Source of the DNA: an uncultured Bacteroidales bacterium
GTDB taxonomy: Bacteria; Bacteroidota; Bacteroidia; Bacteroidales; FEN-979
NCBI GenBank assembly: GCA_963800585.1
Contig: CAWDBP010000008.1
Coordinates: 262,175-326,174 of the forward strand
Length of the DNA: 64,000 nt
Direction: 5' to 3'
Part shown: positions 8,338 through 17,332 of the stretch, in pieces
Layout of the letters: every line of letters begins with the position of its first letter
Numbering within the stretch: the stretch's first letter is position 1
Notes under the pieces: generated by a model
Databases searched by the model: none
What the model was told of the DNA's origin: nothing
What the model saw: the letters and a program-made list of their open reading frames with translations, nothing else
Translations under genes and position numbers: made by a program

Positions 8338-9444
8338 ATGCATCAAACTGAACATATGAAAGATCTAAAATTATTTACACCAACAATGGTTGGAACTGTC
8401 GGAGTGAAAAATCGTATCGTCATGTCGCCAATGACAAGATGCAGGGCGATTGGAAATATGCCAAATGAACTGATGGCAGAATATTACAAGCAACGTTCCG
8501 GAGCCGGTTTGATTTTAACGGAAGGTACATCTCCATCGCCCAATGGACTCGGTTATGCACGGATACCAGGAATTTTTAACCAACAGCAAGTGGCAGGCTG
8601 GAAAATGACAACCTTGGCTGTTCACAAAGGTGGTGGAAAAATATTTGTTCAACTTATGCATACTGGAAGGATAAGCCATTCCCTCAATATGCCTGAAGGA
8701 TCTCAAATACTAGCGCCTTCGGCGGTAAAAGCTGCTGGACAGATGTGGACCGACGCAAAAATGTTACAGGATTTTCCGGTTCCAAAAGAGATGAGTACCG
8801 AAGATCTTCTGCATACTAAAACAGAATTTGTTAACGCAGCATTAAATGCTATTGATGCCGGGTTTGATGGTGTGGAATTGCATGGGGCAAACGGTTATCT
8901 GCTCGAAGAGTTCCTTTCACCAGTCAGCAATATCCGGAATGATAATTATGGCGGGAGTATTGAAAACCGTTGCAAGTTTGTTCTTGAAGTAGTAATTGCA
9001 GTAGCTGAAACCATTGGTAAGGGGAAGACCGGAATTCGTTTATCTCCTTATGGTGTGGCTAGTGATATGCCATATTACCCCGAGATCGACACTACATATC
9101 TATACCTATCGGAACAAATAAACCGACTAGGAATAGCTTACATCCATCTTGTAGATCATTCTGCAATGGGAGCCCCCGTGGTACCGATAGAACTTAAGAA
9201 ACGCATCCGGGATGTTTTCCAAAATACCATAATTCTCTCTGGTGGTTATGACTTGCAAAGGGCAGAAGCCGATATTGAAAGCGGATTGGGTGATCTCATC
9301 GCATTCGGTCGTCCGTTTATCAACAATCCCGATTTTGTTGAAAGGTTGAAAAATGACTCGACTTTATCAACCGATCTTCATATGGATTTATTTTATACCT
9401 CGGATGAAAAAGGATATACCGATTATCCGGTTTATAAAGCCTGA
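8338..9444 (+). CDS. Old-Yellow-Enzyme family NADH:flavin oxidoreductase (alkene reductase)
   Basis: IVMSPMTRCRA, QLMHTGR, GFDGVELHGANGYLLEEFL and FGRPFINNPDF motifs. I place the start at the ATG at 8338, because the 8260 start in the ORF track overlaps the upstream gene. Confidence 0.85.
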   Translation: MHQTEHMKDLKLFTPTMVGTVGVKNRIVMSPMTRCRAIGNMPNELMAEYYKQRSGAGLILTEGTSPSPNGLGYARIPGIFNQQQVAGWKMTTLAVHKGGGKIFVQLMHTGRISHSLNMPEGSQILAPSAVKAAGQMWTDAKMLQDFPVPKEMSTEDLLHTKTEFVNAALNAIDAGFDGVELHGANGYLLEEFLSPVSNIRNDNYGGSIENRCKFVLEVVIAVAETIGKGKTGIRLSPYGVASDMPYYPEIDTTYLYLSEQINRLGIAYIHLVDHSAMGAPVVPIELKKRIRDVFQNTIILSGGYDLQRAEADIESGLGDLIAFGRPFINNPDFVERLKNDSTLSTDLHMDLFYTSDEKGYTDYPVYKA

Positions 9445-9460
9445 TCAATACAGTTCAATA

Positions 9461-9529
9461 AATGTAGGAATTATGTAACTGATTTTAATAGTTGTGTAAC
9501 ATTTTTTATAGTGATTGATCGTACTTTTA
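9461..9529 (+). promoter_or_regulatory. Island promoter motif, copy 3 (upstream of a small membrane protein)
   Basis: AATGTAGGAATTATGTAAC-N15-TGTAACAT-N24-TTTA; the -7-like box is TACTTTTA at 9522-9529. Confidence 0.55.
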
Positions 9530-9590
9530 CCCCTTTGTCTGTCTACCGGCGACAATTGAAAAAATAGTATTCATTTAAAAATTTAAAGCT

Positions 9591-9752
9591 ATGGGAAGGT
9601 TGTTATTGATTATTGGGCTAGTACTGGTTGTCCTCTGGTTGCTTGGGCTATTTGCATTTCAGTGGCACTCACCACTGGTTCATGTGCTGATTATAATTGG
9701 TGTTATCATGATCATCTTTGATCTTTTAAACAGCCGCCGGAATTGGTGGTGA
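9591..9752 (+). CDS. Small (53-aa) two-helix membrane protein, lmo0937-like; below the ORF-track length cutoff
   Basis: ATG at 9591, TGA at 9750-9752. Hand translation: MGRLLLIIGLVLVVLWLLGLFAFQWHSPLVHVLIIIGVIMIIFDLLNSRRNWW. Sits 61 nt downstream of motif copy 3. Confidence 0.6.
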   Translation: MGRLLLIIGLVLVVLWLLGLFAFQWHSPLVHVLIIIGVIMIIFDLLNSRRNWW

Positions 9753-9784
9753 TTGCTGTAAATTGTAAACTTTCTGAATTTTAC

Positions 9785-9803
9785 ACAGGATTATATATCC
9801 TGT
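9785..9803 (+). terminator. Perfect 7-bp hairpin (ACAGGAT-tatat-ATCCTGT) after the small membrane protein gene
   Basis: Inverted repeat read directly. No clear T-run follows, so terminator function is tentative. Confidence 0.3.
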
Positions 9804-9932
9804 TCAATACAGAACCCTAGTATTGGAGTTTAGGTATTGGGTATAAGATAGTAATAAACGGATTGGATCCTTTATAACTGGACTCGATATTAAGGTTTCA
9901 TGAAATTTTCAAACGCACGAATTTAAAGAAAA

Positions 9933-10274
9933 ATGAAAATCATAATTAACAACAGCAGAAGAATATCTGCAATTCAGGAAGAATTCAGTAAAATGTTTCC
10001 GGGTTTGATCCTTGCTTTCTATGCTAAACCAAGTCATCCCGGTGCTGCTCCTTCGACAAAACTAATCAGGCATAGCGGTAAATCATTGCAGGATTGCAGA
10101 GCAATAAGCAATGAAGGTGCAATTGAAATTCTTCCTTCTATGAATATTTCGGATGTAAAAGAAAATTTCAGGGATGTTTATGGATTATCCGTCGAAATAT
10201 TTCGTAAAGGAGGAGATGGATCGAATGAAACCCCAGTCAGCGATAATATGACCCTTGGAGAAATCCATCCCTGA
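9933..10274 (+). CDS. Hypothetical protein (113 aa)
   Basis: Intact ORF in an otherwise empty interval. No family recognised and no island motif directly upstream. Confidence 0.45.
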   Translation: MKIIINNSRRISAIQEEFSKMFPGLILAFYAKPSHPGAAPSTKLIRHSGKSLQDCRAISNEGAIEILPSMNISDVKENFRDVYGLSVEIFRKGGDGSNETPVSDNMTLGEIHP

Positions 10275-10332
10275 TCCACCCCGGATTAAGTCTGAACTTC
10301 ATTGCTGTATATCAATTTCCTGATATTAAGGA

Positions 10333-10401
10333 AATGTGTGAATGATGTAACTATTGGTTATAGTTGTGTAACATTTAATGTAAGCAATGTGACGACCTTT
10401 G
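10333..10401 (+). promoter_or_regulatory. Island promoter motif, copy 4 (upstream of the DUF3494 protein)
   Basis: AATGTGTGAATGATGTAAC-N15-TGTAACAT-N24-TTTG (GACCTTTG box). Lies 41 nt upstream of the ATG. Confidence 0.65.
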
Positions 10402-10442
10402 TATAGATGTGAAAATCCTTTCACGAATTAATTTGAATTAAC

Positions 10443-12065
10443 ATGAAAACAATTTTATTCAAAGCATTAACTGCAATTATGCTGCTCTTTATACCTGAGC
10501 TGAATTTTGCACAAGCTCCTCCATTAGGGGTTGCTGCTAATTTCGTCCTCTTTTCAACAGTAGGGGCAGTAACCAATACTGGAATTTCGCAGGTAACAGG
10601 CAATGTTGGCACGAACAGCGGTTCCAGTACCGGATTCGGAAATGTGAATGGTGTGATGTGCGACAATGATGCTGCAAGCGCCCAATGTGCAGCAGATTTG
10701 CTGATTGCATATAACCAGTTGAACAATACGACTGCGACTTTCTTTCCATCGGTTTTGCTTGGAAACGGACAGATTTTTACTGCAGGTGTCTACTTAGTAT
10801 CCGGGGCAGCAACATTGAACTCAGATCTTATTATAGATGCACAGGGTGATGCTGGTGCGGTATTTATTATTCAGATACAAGGTTCATTTTCCACAAATGC
10901 TAATTCTAAAATCAACTTGATCAATGGAGCCCTGGCATGTAATGTTTTTTGGAAGGTGGAAGGTTTGGTAAGCATGGCTTCCGGAACCACCATGAGGGGA
11001 ACAGTTATCGCTAACAACGCTGCAATTAATATGAACACTGGCGACACGCTTGAAGGTAGGGCACTTTCTACTACCGGGGCTGTTACTGTTGATGGAGTAT
11101 TGGCTTATACGCCCATCGGTTGTGGAAGTCCTGTTCTTAATGGACCAGTAGCTCCTGCGCTTGCTTCCACCGAATGTTATGCGTTATTCTCTGGTGACGG
11201 CGCAGTTTCAAACAGCGGCATTACTTATGTCACGGGTGATGTTGGAACAAATGTAGGTTTAACAACCGGCTTCGATTCGCTATTAGTAACAGGTAAGATT
11301 CACCCCATTCCTGATGCGTCTACAGCGCAATGCGCAGCTGATTTGAATAATGTCTACAATTACCTGAACACAATTCCTTATGATATTGAGTTGCTGTATC
11401 CTGCACAATTTGGCAACAACCTGGTTCTTACGCCCCATACTTACCTCCTGAACGCGGCTACAGTATTTACTGATACACTTTTCCTCAATGCAGAAGGTAA
11501 TGCAGATGCCGTATTTGTTATCCAAATATTCGGGGCCCTTTCAACCAGCACTTATTCAAAAGTCAGCTTGATTAATGGAACGCAGTCAAAGAATGTGTTC
11601 TGGAAGATTGAAGGTGCAGTGAGTATAAATAACTATTCTGATTTCTGCGGAACGATAGTTTGTAATAATGGAGCTTTAGGAGCATTGAATACAGGAGTTA
11701 AACTGGATGGCAGAGCGCTCACCACAATTGGTGCTTTAACGACAACTGCAATGACTGCCACAATGCCTCTCGGGTGCAACATTACTGGCATTTCTGGTCT
11801 TAATACCAGGAATACGGATGATGCAGTTACGATAGCTCCAAACCCATTTAGCACGTCAACTAAAATTATCCTGAATGATGCTGCACTGATTAATAACTGC
11901 GAATTGACAATATACAGTGTTGTTGGAACAGAAGTGATGCGTATAGCTATCACTCAATTATTGACCACGCTTTATACAGGGAATCTTCCTTCAGGAATCT
12001 ATTTCTATAAAGTGACTTCGCAAAATAGAACAATTCAATCTCGTAAATTGATTTCACAACAATAA
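10443..12065 (+). CDS. Secreted protein with two tandem DUF3494 (ice-binding-like) domains and a T9SS type A C-terminal sorting domain
   Basis: Signal peptide, then LGVAANFVLFSTVGAVTNTG...GNVGT...AQCAADL...DAQGDAGAVFIIQI...ACNVFWKVEG...GRALSTTGAVT, repeated a second time. The C-terminus has APNPFSTST...GIYFYKV...KLI. Confidence 0.8.
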   Translation: MKTILFKALTAIMLLFIPELNFAQAPPLGVAANFVLFSTVGAVTNTGISQVTGNVGTNSGSSTGFGNVNGVMCDNDAASAQCAADLLIAYNQLNNTTATFFPSVLLGNGQIFTAGVYLVSGAATLNSDLIIDAQGDAGAVFIIQIQGSFSTNANSKINLINGALACNVFWKVEGLVSMASGTTMRGTVIANNAAINMNTGDTLEGRALSTTGAVTVDGVLAYTPIGCGSPVLNGPVAPALASTECYALFSGDGAVSNSGITYVTGDVGTNVGLTTGFDSLLVTGKIHPIPDASTAQCAADLNNVYNYLNTIPYDIELLYPAQFGNNLVLTPHTYLLNAATVFTDTLFLNAEGNADAVFVIQIFGALSTSTYSKVSLINGTQSKNVFWKIEGAVSINNYSDFCGTIVCNNGALGALNTGVKLDGRALTTIGALTTTAMTATMPLGCNITGISGLNTRNTDDAVTIAPNPFSTSTKIILNDAALINNCELTIYSVVGTEVMRIAITQLLTTLYTGNLPSGIYFYKVTSQNRTIQSRKLISQQ

Positions 12066-12191
12066 ATTATTTAATGCACAAAGCCTCTACCCAGGTATTC
12101 ATCAGGATGGGGGCTCTGTTTAAAATTCAAAAATATGAAAATATCAAAAAATCTTCTTCAGGCTGATAAAAGCAAGAACGAAGAAACTCCA

Positions 12192-12347
12192 ATGAAGACA
12201 GGAGCAGGCAAATTATTAAAACCTTTAAATATTTTTTTAATGTTATTAGTGCTAGCTCTCATGTCCTCTTGTTTTGTACGCGGACCAGAACACGAAAGGC
12301 ATGGAGACAGGCATCAACACGATGAACGTCATGACGAAAGGCATTAA
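12192..12347 (+). CDS. Small predicted lipoprotein with a His/Asp/Glu/Arg-rich tail
   Basis: MKTGAGKLLKPLNIFLMLLVLALMSSC followed by GPEHERHGDRHQHDERHDERH. The ORF track starts at 12135, but the internal Met gives a cleaner signal peptide. Confidence 0.45.
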   Translation: MKTGAGKLLKPLNIFLMLLVLALMSSCFVRGPEHERHGDRHQHDERHDERH

Positions 12348-12362
12348 AAAGTAATCCTTAGC

Positions 12363-12430
12363 AAGTGTGAATGATGTAACTTATTATTGCAGTTATGTAA
12401 CACTTTTCAAGCTTTATAGACGCATCTTTG
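12363..12430 (+). promoter_or_regulatory. Island promoter motif, copy 5
   Basis: AAGTGTGAATGATGTAAC-N15-TGTAACAC-N24-TTTG (CATCTTTG box). One nt shorter in the distal box. Confidence 0.65.
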
Positions 12431-12466
12431 TATTACGGAAATTCATATAATATTAAAATCAATAAA

Positions 12467-12919
12467 ATGAAAAATAGAAGAATGAACATCCTGACAAAAA
12501 AAATTGTTTTCCTTTTTTTTGCAATTATGATTCTGCTTACAGTTGATTCATATGCTAAAAAAATTGTCTTTTTATCTTCCTCAATTACTCCGGCGGCCCG
12601 GGGTTATGTCAAGGTAACAAGAGACAAAAACTTGAATTATGATATTCAGGTACAAGTATTAGATCTGGCTGAGGTTAACAGGCTGCAACCATCGAGACAT
12701 GCCTATGTGGTTTGGATTCTAACAGATAAAGAAATAATAAAAAATCTTGGGCGATTAAACAGTCAGCCAAACCAAGGTTCAAAACAATTAAAGGCATCTT
12801 TTGAGACTTTATCCTCATCCAAACCAATTAAAATATTTATTACTGCCGAAGATGAAACTAGCGCTCAAAGTCCGAGTGAGCAAGTCATATTAACAACTGA
12901 CAGATTTTTATTGGATTGA
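12467..12919 (+). CDS. Secreted hypothetical protein (~150 aa)
   Basis: The ORF-track start (12428, TTG) overlaps the predicted -7 box. The ATG at 12467 gives MKNRRMNILTKKIVFLFFAIMILLTVDSYA, a signal peptide. Confidence 0.5.
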   Translation: MKNRRMNILTKKIVFLFFAIMILLTVDSYAKKIVFLSSSITPAARGYVKVTRDKNLNYDIQVQVLDLAEVNRLQPSRHAYVVWILTDKEIIKNLGRLNSQPNQGSKQLKASFETLSSSKPIKIFITAEDETSAQSPSEQVILTTDRFLLD

Positions 12920-12989
12920 ATCATCTTTTTACTAATCGGATATGTAGCATATAAATCAGGTGCAACTACTTATCTACTGCTTACTTGAC

Positions 12990-13030
12990 AAAATTCCGTT
13001 CCAGGGAAAAGCAAGGGACGGAATTTTGTT
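12990..13030 (+). terminator. Rho-independent-type terminator hairpin
   Basis: AAAATTCCGT...ACGGAATTTT stem followed by a TTTTGTTT run, downstream of the 12919 stop. Confidence 0.55.
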
Positions 13031-13131
13031 TAACTGGCAGTAATTCTCAGGTTAGGCAGACTTTTATCCCATTTCAACCTGATTATTTTACGCTTTCATT
13101 CCACCATTATATCCTGCCCGGATTATTTGAA

Positions 13132-13200
13132 AATGTGTGAATTATGTAACTTATTCCTGAAGTTTTGTAACACAAATCCTGATTAATGCAACCACCTTTG
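13132..13200 (+). promoter_or_regulatory. Island promoter motif, copy 6 (upstream of the mlaE-like operon)
   Basis: AATGTGTGAATTATGTAAC-N15-TGTAACAC-N24-TTTG (CACCTTTG box). Lies 43 nt upstream of the ATG at 13244. Confidence 0.65.
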
Positions 13201-13243
13201 TACTATAAAGATTCATCGTATGATATTGTACGCTGAACAGTGA

Positions 13244-14131
13244 ATGTTTTTTTTAGAAACGGATGGAATCAACCGGTATTTTATGACACCTTTTAATCCT
13301 GTTATCAAGGTAATCCCGAAGATTAAGGGCGGGGCAACAAAGCATGCCATCAGGCTTACTGAAAAAACCATTGAGAAAACTGTAAAAGCAAACAGTTTTT
13401 TGACGGAGTTGGCCAATTTTTTCTTATTCATAAGGCAGACAATTACAGAAACTTTTTCCAAGGACTTTGAATTCAGGGAATTTTTACGCCAGTGTTTTCA
13501 AATTGGAAATAAATCCTTACCGCTTATTTCGGTAACAGGAATCATCATGGGCCTGGTGCTGACCATTCAATCGCGACCTGCCCTGGCGCATTTCGGAGCA
13601 GTTTCCATGTTGCCAGGAATGGTAGCAATATCGCTTATCCGTGAAATGGGACCAGTGATAACGGCCTTGATATGTGCAGGAAAGATTGGTTCAGGAATGG
13701 GTGCAGAGTTAGGCTCAATGAGGGTAACAGAGCAGATTGATGCCATGGAAGTATCTTCTACCAATCCAATAAAATTTTTAATAGTTACAAGGGTATTGGC
13801 AGCAACACTCATGATTCCCTTGTTGGTACTTTATGCAGACGGACTTGGGTTATTGGGCGGTTGGGCAGGAACCAATATCAAAGGAGATGTGACTTTTGTT
13901 CTGTTTTTCTCCCAGGCTTTCAGCCAGATTCGTTTTATGGATTTTTTACCGGCTCTTATTAAAACGTTCTTTTTTGGTGCTGTTATTGGGTTAGTTGGAT
14001 GCTATAAAGGATATACTGCAGGCAGGGGAACAGAAAGTGTTGGGATTGCTGCAAACTCTGCAGTGGTGCTGGCCTCCTTGTTAGTGATATTTGTAGATCT
14101 GATTGCGGTGCAAATAACCGATTTACTGTAA
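13244..14131 (+). CDS. mlaE: MlaE-family ABC transporter permease
   Basis: Multi-TM protein with ...GKIGSGMGAELGSMRVTEQIDAMEV..., typical of MlaE/YrbE/Ttg2B permeases. Followed by ATPase and MCE genes. Confidence 0.8.
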   Translation: MFFLETDGINRYFMTPFNPVIKVIPKIKGGATKHAIRLTEKTIEKTVKANSFLTELANFFLFIRQTITETFSKDFEFREFLRQCFQIGNKSLPLISVTGIIMGLVLTIQSRPALAHFGAVSMLPGMVAISLIREMGPVITALICAGKIGSGMGAELGSMRVTEQIDAMEVSSTNPIKFLIVTRVLAATLMIPLLVLYADGLGLLGGWAGTNIKGDVTFVLFFSQAFSQIRFMDFLPALIKTFFFGAVIGLVGCYKGYTAGRGTESVGIAANSAVVLASLLVIFVDLIAVQITDLL

Positions 14132-14147
14132 TTGTGAATTATAAATT

Positions 14148-14924
14148 ATGGATGTTTCCCAAATACGAACGATTGTTCCGGCAAAAGCAACAAGCGACAA
14201 ACAGGTTATTGAGATTAATAACCTGAGGAAAGGATTTTACCAGCAGGAAGTATTAAAAAATGTGTCGTTGCAACTTTTTAATGGCGAAAACCTGGTGGTG
14301 CTTGGCAAATCCGGTTCAGGGAAATCCGTCCTGATAAAATGTATTGTTCGTTTATTAGATCCCGACGAAGGTACAATCAATGTCCTGGGCGAAGATGTCA
14401 GTAAATTAAATAGGGATGGGTTAGGAGAGATGAGAAAGAAAATTGGTTTTCTTTTTCAGAGTGGGGCACTGTACGATTCCATGACAGTAAAGCAAAACCT
14501 GGAGTTTCCATTGAGAAGGATAAAAAAAAGTATGACCCAAAAAGAAATAGACGGTAAAATAAATGAAGCGTTAGAACATGTTGGGTTATCGGACGCCTTA
14601 AATAAAATGCCTTCGCAACTTTCCGGCGGAATGCGTAAGCGGATCAGCCTTGCCCGAACCATTGTCGTCGATCCCATGATCATGTTGTATGATGAACCAA
14701 CGACCGGGCTTGACCCGGTGACATCCGATGAAATAAGTTCACTCATCAATGAAGTACAAAAAACATATAAAACTTCTTCCCTTATTATTACGCATGATAT
14801 TGAGTGTGCCCGTGCAACTGCAAACCGGGTTATCATGTTGCATGACGGTGAAGTTTACCTGGAAGGAACAGTGGAAGAGTTTGAAAAGTCGACGGACGTG
14901 TTAATCAAATCATTCTTTAAATAA
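14148..14924 (+). CDS. mlaF: ABC transporter ATP-binding protein (MlaF-like)
   Basis: Walker A GKSGSGKS, signature LSGGMRKR, Walker B MLYDEPTTGLD. Confidence 0.85.
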   Translation: MDVSQIRTIVPAKATSDKQVIEINNLRKGFYQQEVLKNVSLQLFNGENLVVLGKSGSGKSVLIKCIVRLLDPDEGTINVLGEDVSKLNRDGLGEMRKKIGFLFQSGALYDSMTVKQNLEFPLRRIKKSMTQKEIDGKINEALEHVGLSDALNKMPSQLSGGMRKRISLARTIVVDPMIMLYDEPTTGLDPVTSDEISSLINEVQKTYKTSSLIITHDIECARATANRVIMLHDGEVYLEGTVEEFEKSTDVLIKSFFK

Positions 14925-14960
14925 TCATTTTACAGATCTCAGAATTAATACTATAAACAT

Positions 14961-15713
14961 ATGGACACGCACACACAGAAATTCAAAATACGGTTGGGGC
15001 TGTTTATCGCCGGAGGATTGGCTCTCTTTGTCATTGCCATTTTCTTCATAGGGAAACAAAAGAATTTATTTAACCCTGTTTTTACACTTACTACGACTTT
15101 TTATAATGTAAGCGGGTTACAGGTCGGAAATAATGTCCGTTTCTCGGGAATCAATATAGGCACGGTCGATAACATTAAAATAATAAATGATTCAACGGTG
15201 AAGGTTGATATGTTAGTTCGAAAAAATATTCAGAAATTTATTAGAACGGATTGTGAAGCAGGTATTGGTTCCTCAGGGCTTATTGGCGACCGCGTTTTAG
15301 TTATTTCGCAAGGCAATAGTGATGCTCCTGTCGTAAAAGACGGGCAACCAATTGGTTCCCAAGAACCGGTCGAAATGGATGCCATCATGGCAAGCCTGCG
15401 TGTAACAGCATATAATGCTGAAATTGTTTCAGACGAATTGGCGCAGATTATGATTAAGGTTAATAGTGGAAAGGGAACCATCGGCAGATTAATTCAGGAT
15501 ACAGCAATTGCAGAAAATCTGAGTCAGACCATGGTGAATATCAGAAAAAGCAGTAAAGGGCTTAATGAAAATATGAATGCCGCCAAGCATAATTTCCTTC
15601 TAAAAGGTTATTTTAACAAGAAGGCAAAAGCAGAGCAGGCAACGAAAGACAGCCTTGAAAAAGTGAAAGCTAAAGAACAAAAAAGAATTGATAAGGAGAA
15701 CAAGAAAAAATGA
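14961..15713 (+). CDS. mlaD: MlaD/MCE-domain substrate-binding protein
   Basis: N-terminal TM anchor, then an MCE-like core (GLQVGNNVRFSGINIGTVDNI...) and a K/E-rich tail. Confidence 0.75.
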   Translation: MDTHTQKFKIRLGLFIAGGLALFVIAIFFIGKQKNLFNPVFTLTTTFYNVSGLQVGNNVRFSGINIGTVDNIKIINDSTVKVDMLVRKNIQKFIRTDCEAGIGSSGLIGDRVLVISQGNSDAPVVKDGQPIGSQEPVEMDAIMASLRVTAYNAEIVSDELAQIMIKVNSGKGTIGRLIQDTAIAENLSQTMVNIRKSSKGLNENMNAAKHNFLLKGYFNKKAKAEQATKDSLEKVKAKEQKRIDKENKKK

Positions 15714-17302
15714 AAATAATATCCATCTTAACACTTTTATTATTGCTTTCTTCCTTTATATTTGGTCAGGATGTGGTTCCTCAAAATCCCAAAAAAGTGG
15801 CACCCAATGATACTATAGTACCCGGAAAAGGAACAAGAGAAGAACAACTCAAGAAGATCGAAAAAGTAAAAGTAAAAACACTTTCAGATTCAGTCGGCAA
15901 TGAACCAGAAAAAAGCAAACTGGTTGATACTACAAAGCAAAATAAGTACGGGGATTTGCTCAAAGACGACCCGAAATATAATAAACGCTATTCTTTTTGG
16001 AAACCTGCTGTTGACATCATAGGATTCAATGCTTTATTAAATGTTTTCGACAGATCTGCTTTAGATTTACCATACGCTAGAGTTGATTTTAGAACATGGA
16101 CACGCAACCTGAAGGCAGGCTGGCCCTGGGGGAGTGGATGGGAATGGGACCAGGACCGGTTCGGCATGAACTTTTTTATGCACCCTTATTGTGGCTCCAT
16201 CTATTATAATGCAGCACGGTCAAACGGATATGATTTTTATTTATCAACTGTATATGCTTTTGGCGGCTCTTATATGTGGAAGATTTTTGGAGAGAACGGA
16301 GTACCGGAAAGAAATGACTTGATCACAACAACTGTTTCAGGAGCATTATTAGGAGAAATACTATATCGTTTAAGCTCGAATATATTAGATGATCGCACGA
16401 GAGGAACAGAGAGGGTCTTTCGTGAAATAGCAGCCGGATTAATTGACCCCATGAGAGGTTTTAACAGACTGTTGCAAGGGAAAACTTTCAGAAGAACCAA
16501 TGGAGAAGTTTATCAGAAAGAGCCGATAAACATTTCATTTTATGCAGGGGCACGGTGGGTAAACGATGAGAATTTCGGGTTCTTAGGAAACGGAACAGTT
16601 AATGCAATGATTGACGCTCAGTTGGATTACGGAAATCCATTTGAGATACGTTCACGAAATCCATATGATTTTTTTAAATTTCGTGTAGATTTCAACATCG
16701 GAGTGGGAAGAAAATATCTTGATAATTTGACCGGCTATGGAATACTGGTTGGTAAAAATTATCAACTAGGGAAATTGGCAATCCTTCTTGGAGGATTTCA
16801 ATATTATGATTATTGGGATACAAAAACATTTGAGATAGGAGCCATTGGTCTTGGTGGAGGAGTGATTACTAAATTACCCTTAAGCAAGACAAGTAATCTT
16901 TATACCAGCGTCCATTTGGCTATAGTCCCTTTTGCCGGAAGCACCAAACGATTGGGAGTGTCCGATACCACACTAATCAGAGATTACAATTTTGGCGGGG
17001 GGCTGGAGGGAAAGTTTGAAGGCACTGTCAATCTTAGTAAATATGCGACTTTTTCAATGATCTATTATTTCTTCATGGTTCATACATATGTCGGTACACC
17101 TGGAAATAATTTCCTCCATATTTTAAAACCAAGAATTACCGTGGCTCTTTATAAAGGCCTGAATGTAGGATTTGAAAATTATATTTATTACAACGACAGG
17201 TACGAAACTGATTATCCAAATATGCATACAGTGAGAATGGAACAGAAAATATTTCTTTTGCTTTATTTGCAGGATAAGCAGCGGAGGGGATACTATAATT
17301 AA
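15710..17302 (+). CDS. Secreted, probably outer-membrane-associated protein (DUF3943-like); start overlaps the mlaD stop
   Basis: Signal peptide MKIISILTLLLLLSSFIFGQ. The C-terminal half has alternating aromatic/Gly-rich strands. ATGA overlap at 15710-15713. The family call is tentative. Confidence 0.5.
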   Translation: MKIISILTLLLLLSSFIFGQDVVPQNPKKVAPNDTIVPGKGTREEQLKKIEKVKVKTLSDSVGNEPEKSKLVDTTKQNKYGDLLKDDPKYNKRYSFWKPAVDIIGFNALLNVFDRSALDLPYARVDFRTWTRNLKAGWPWGSGWEWDQDRFGMNFFMHPYCGSIYYNAARSNGYDFYLSTVYAFGGSYMWKIFGENGVPERNDLITTTVSGALLGEILYRLSSNILDDRTRGTERVFREIAAGLIDPMRGFNRLLQGKTFRRTNGEVYQKEPINISFYAGARWVNDENFGFLGNGTVNAMIDAQLDYGNPFEIRSRNPYDFFKFRVDFNIGVGRKYLDNLTGYGILVGKNYQLGKLAILLGGFQYYDYWDTKTFEIGAIGLGGGVITKLPLSKTSNLYTSVHLAIVPFAGSTKRLGVSDTTLIRDYNFGGGLEGKFEGTVNLSKYATFSMIYYFFMVHTYVGTPGNNFLHILKPRITVALYKGLNVGFENYIYYNDRYETDYPNMHTVRMEQKIFLLLYLQDKQRRGYYN

Positions 17303-17332
17303 GAATTAAGAAGGAAGAAATAACCAAGGAAA

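Noticed and set aside
10443-12065. Annotating the DUF3494 protein outright as an antifreeze/ice-binding protein
   Set aside because: The fold family is clear from the sequence, but many DUF3494 proteins have no shown ice affinity. Function is left as a hypothesis.
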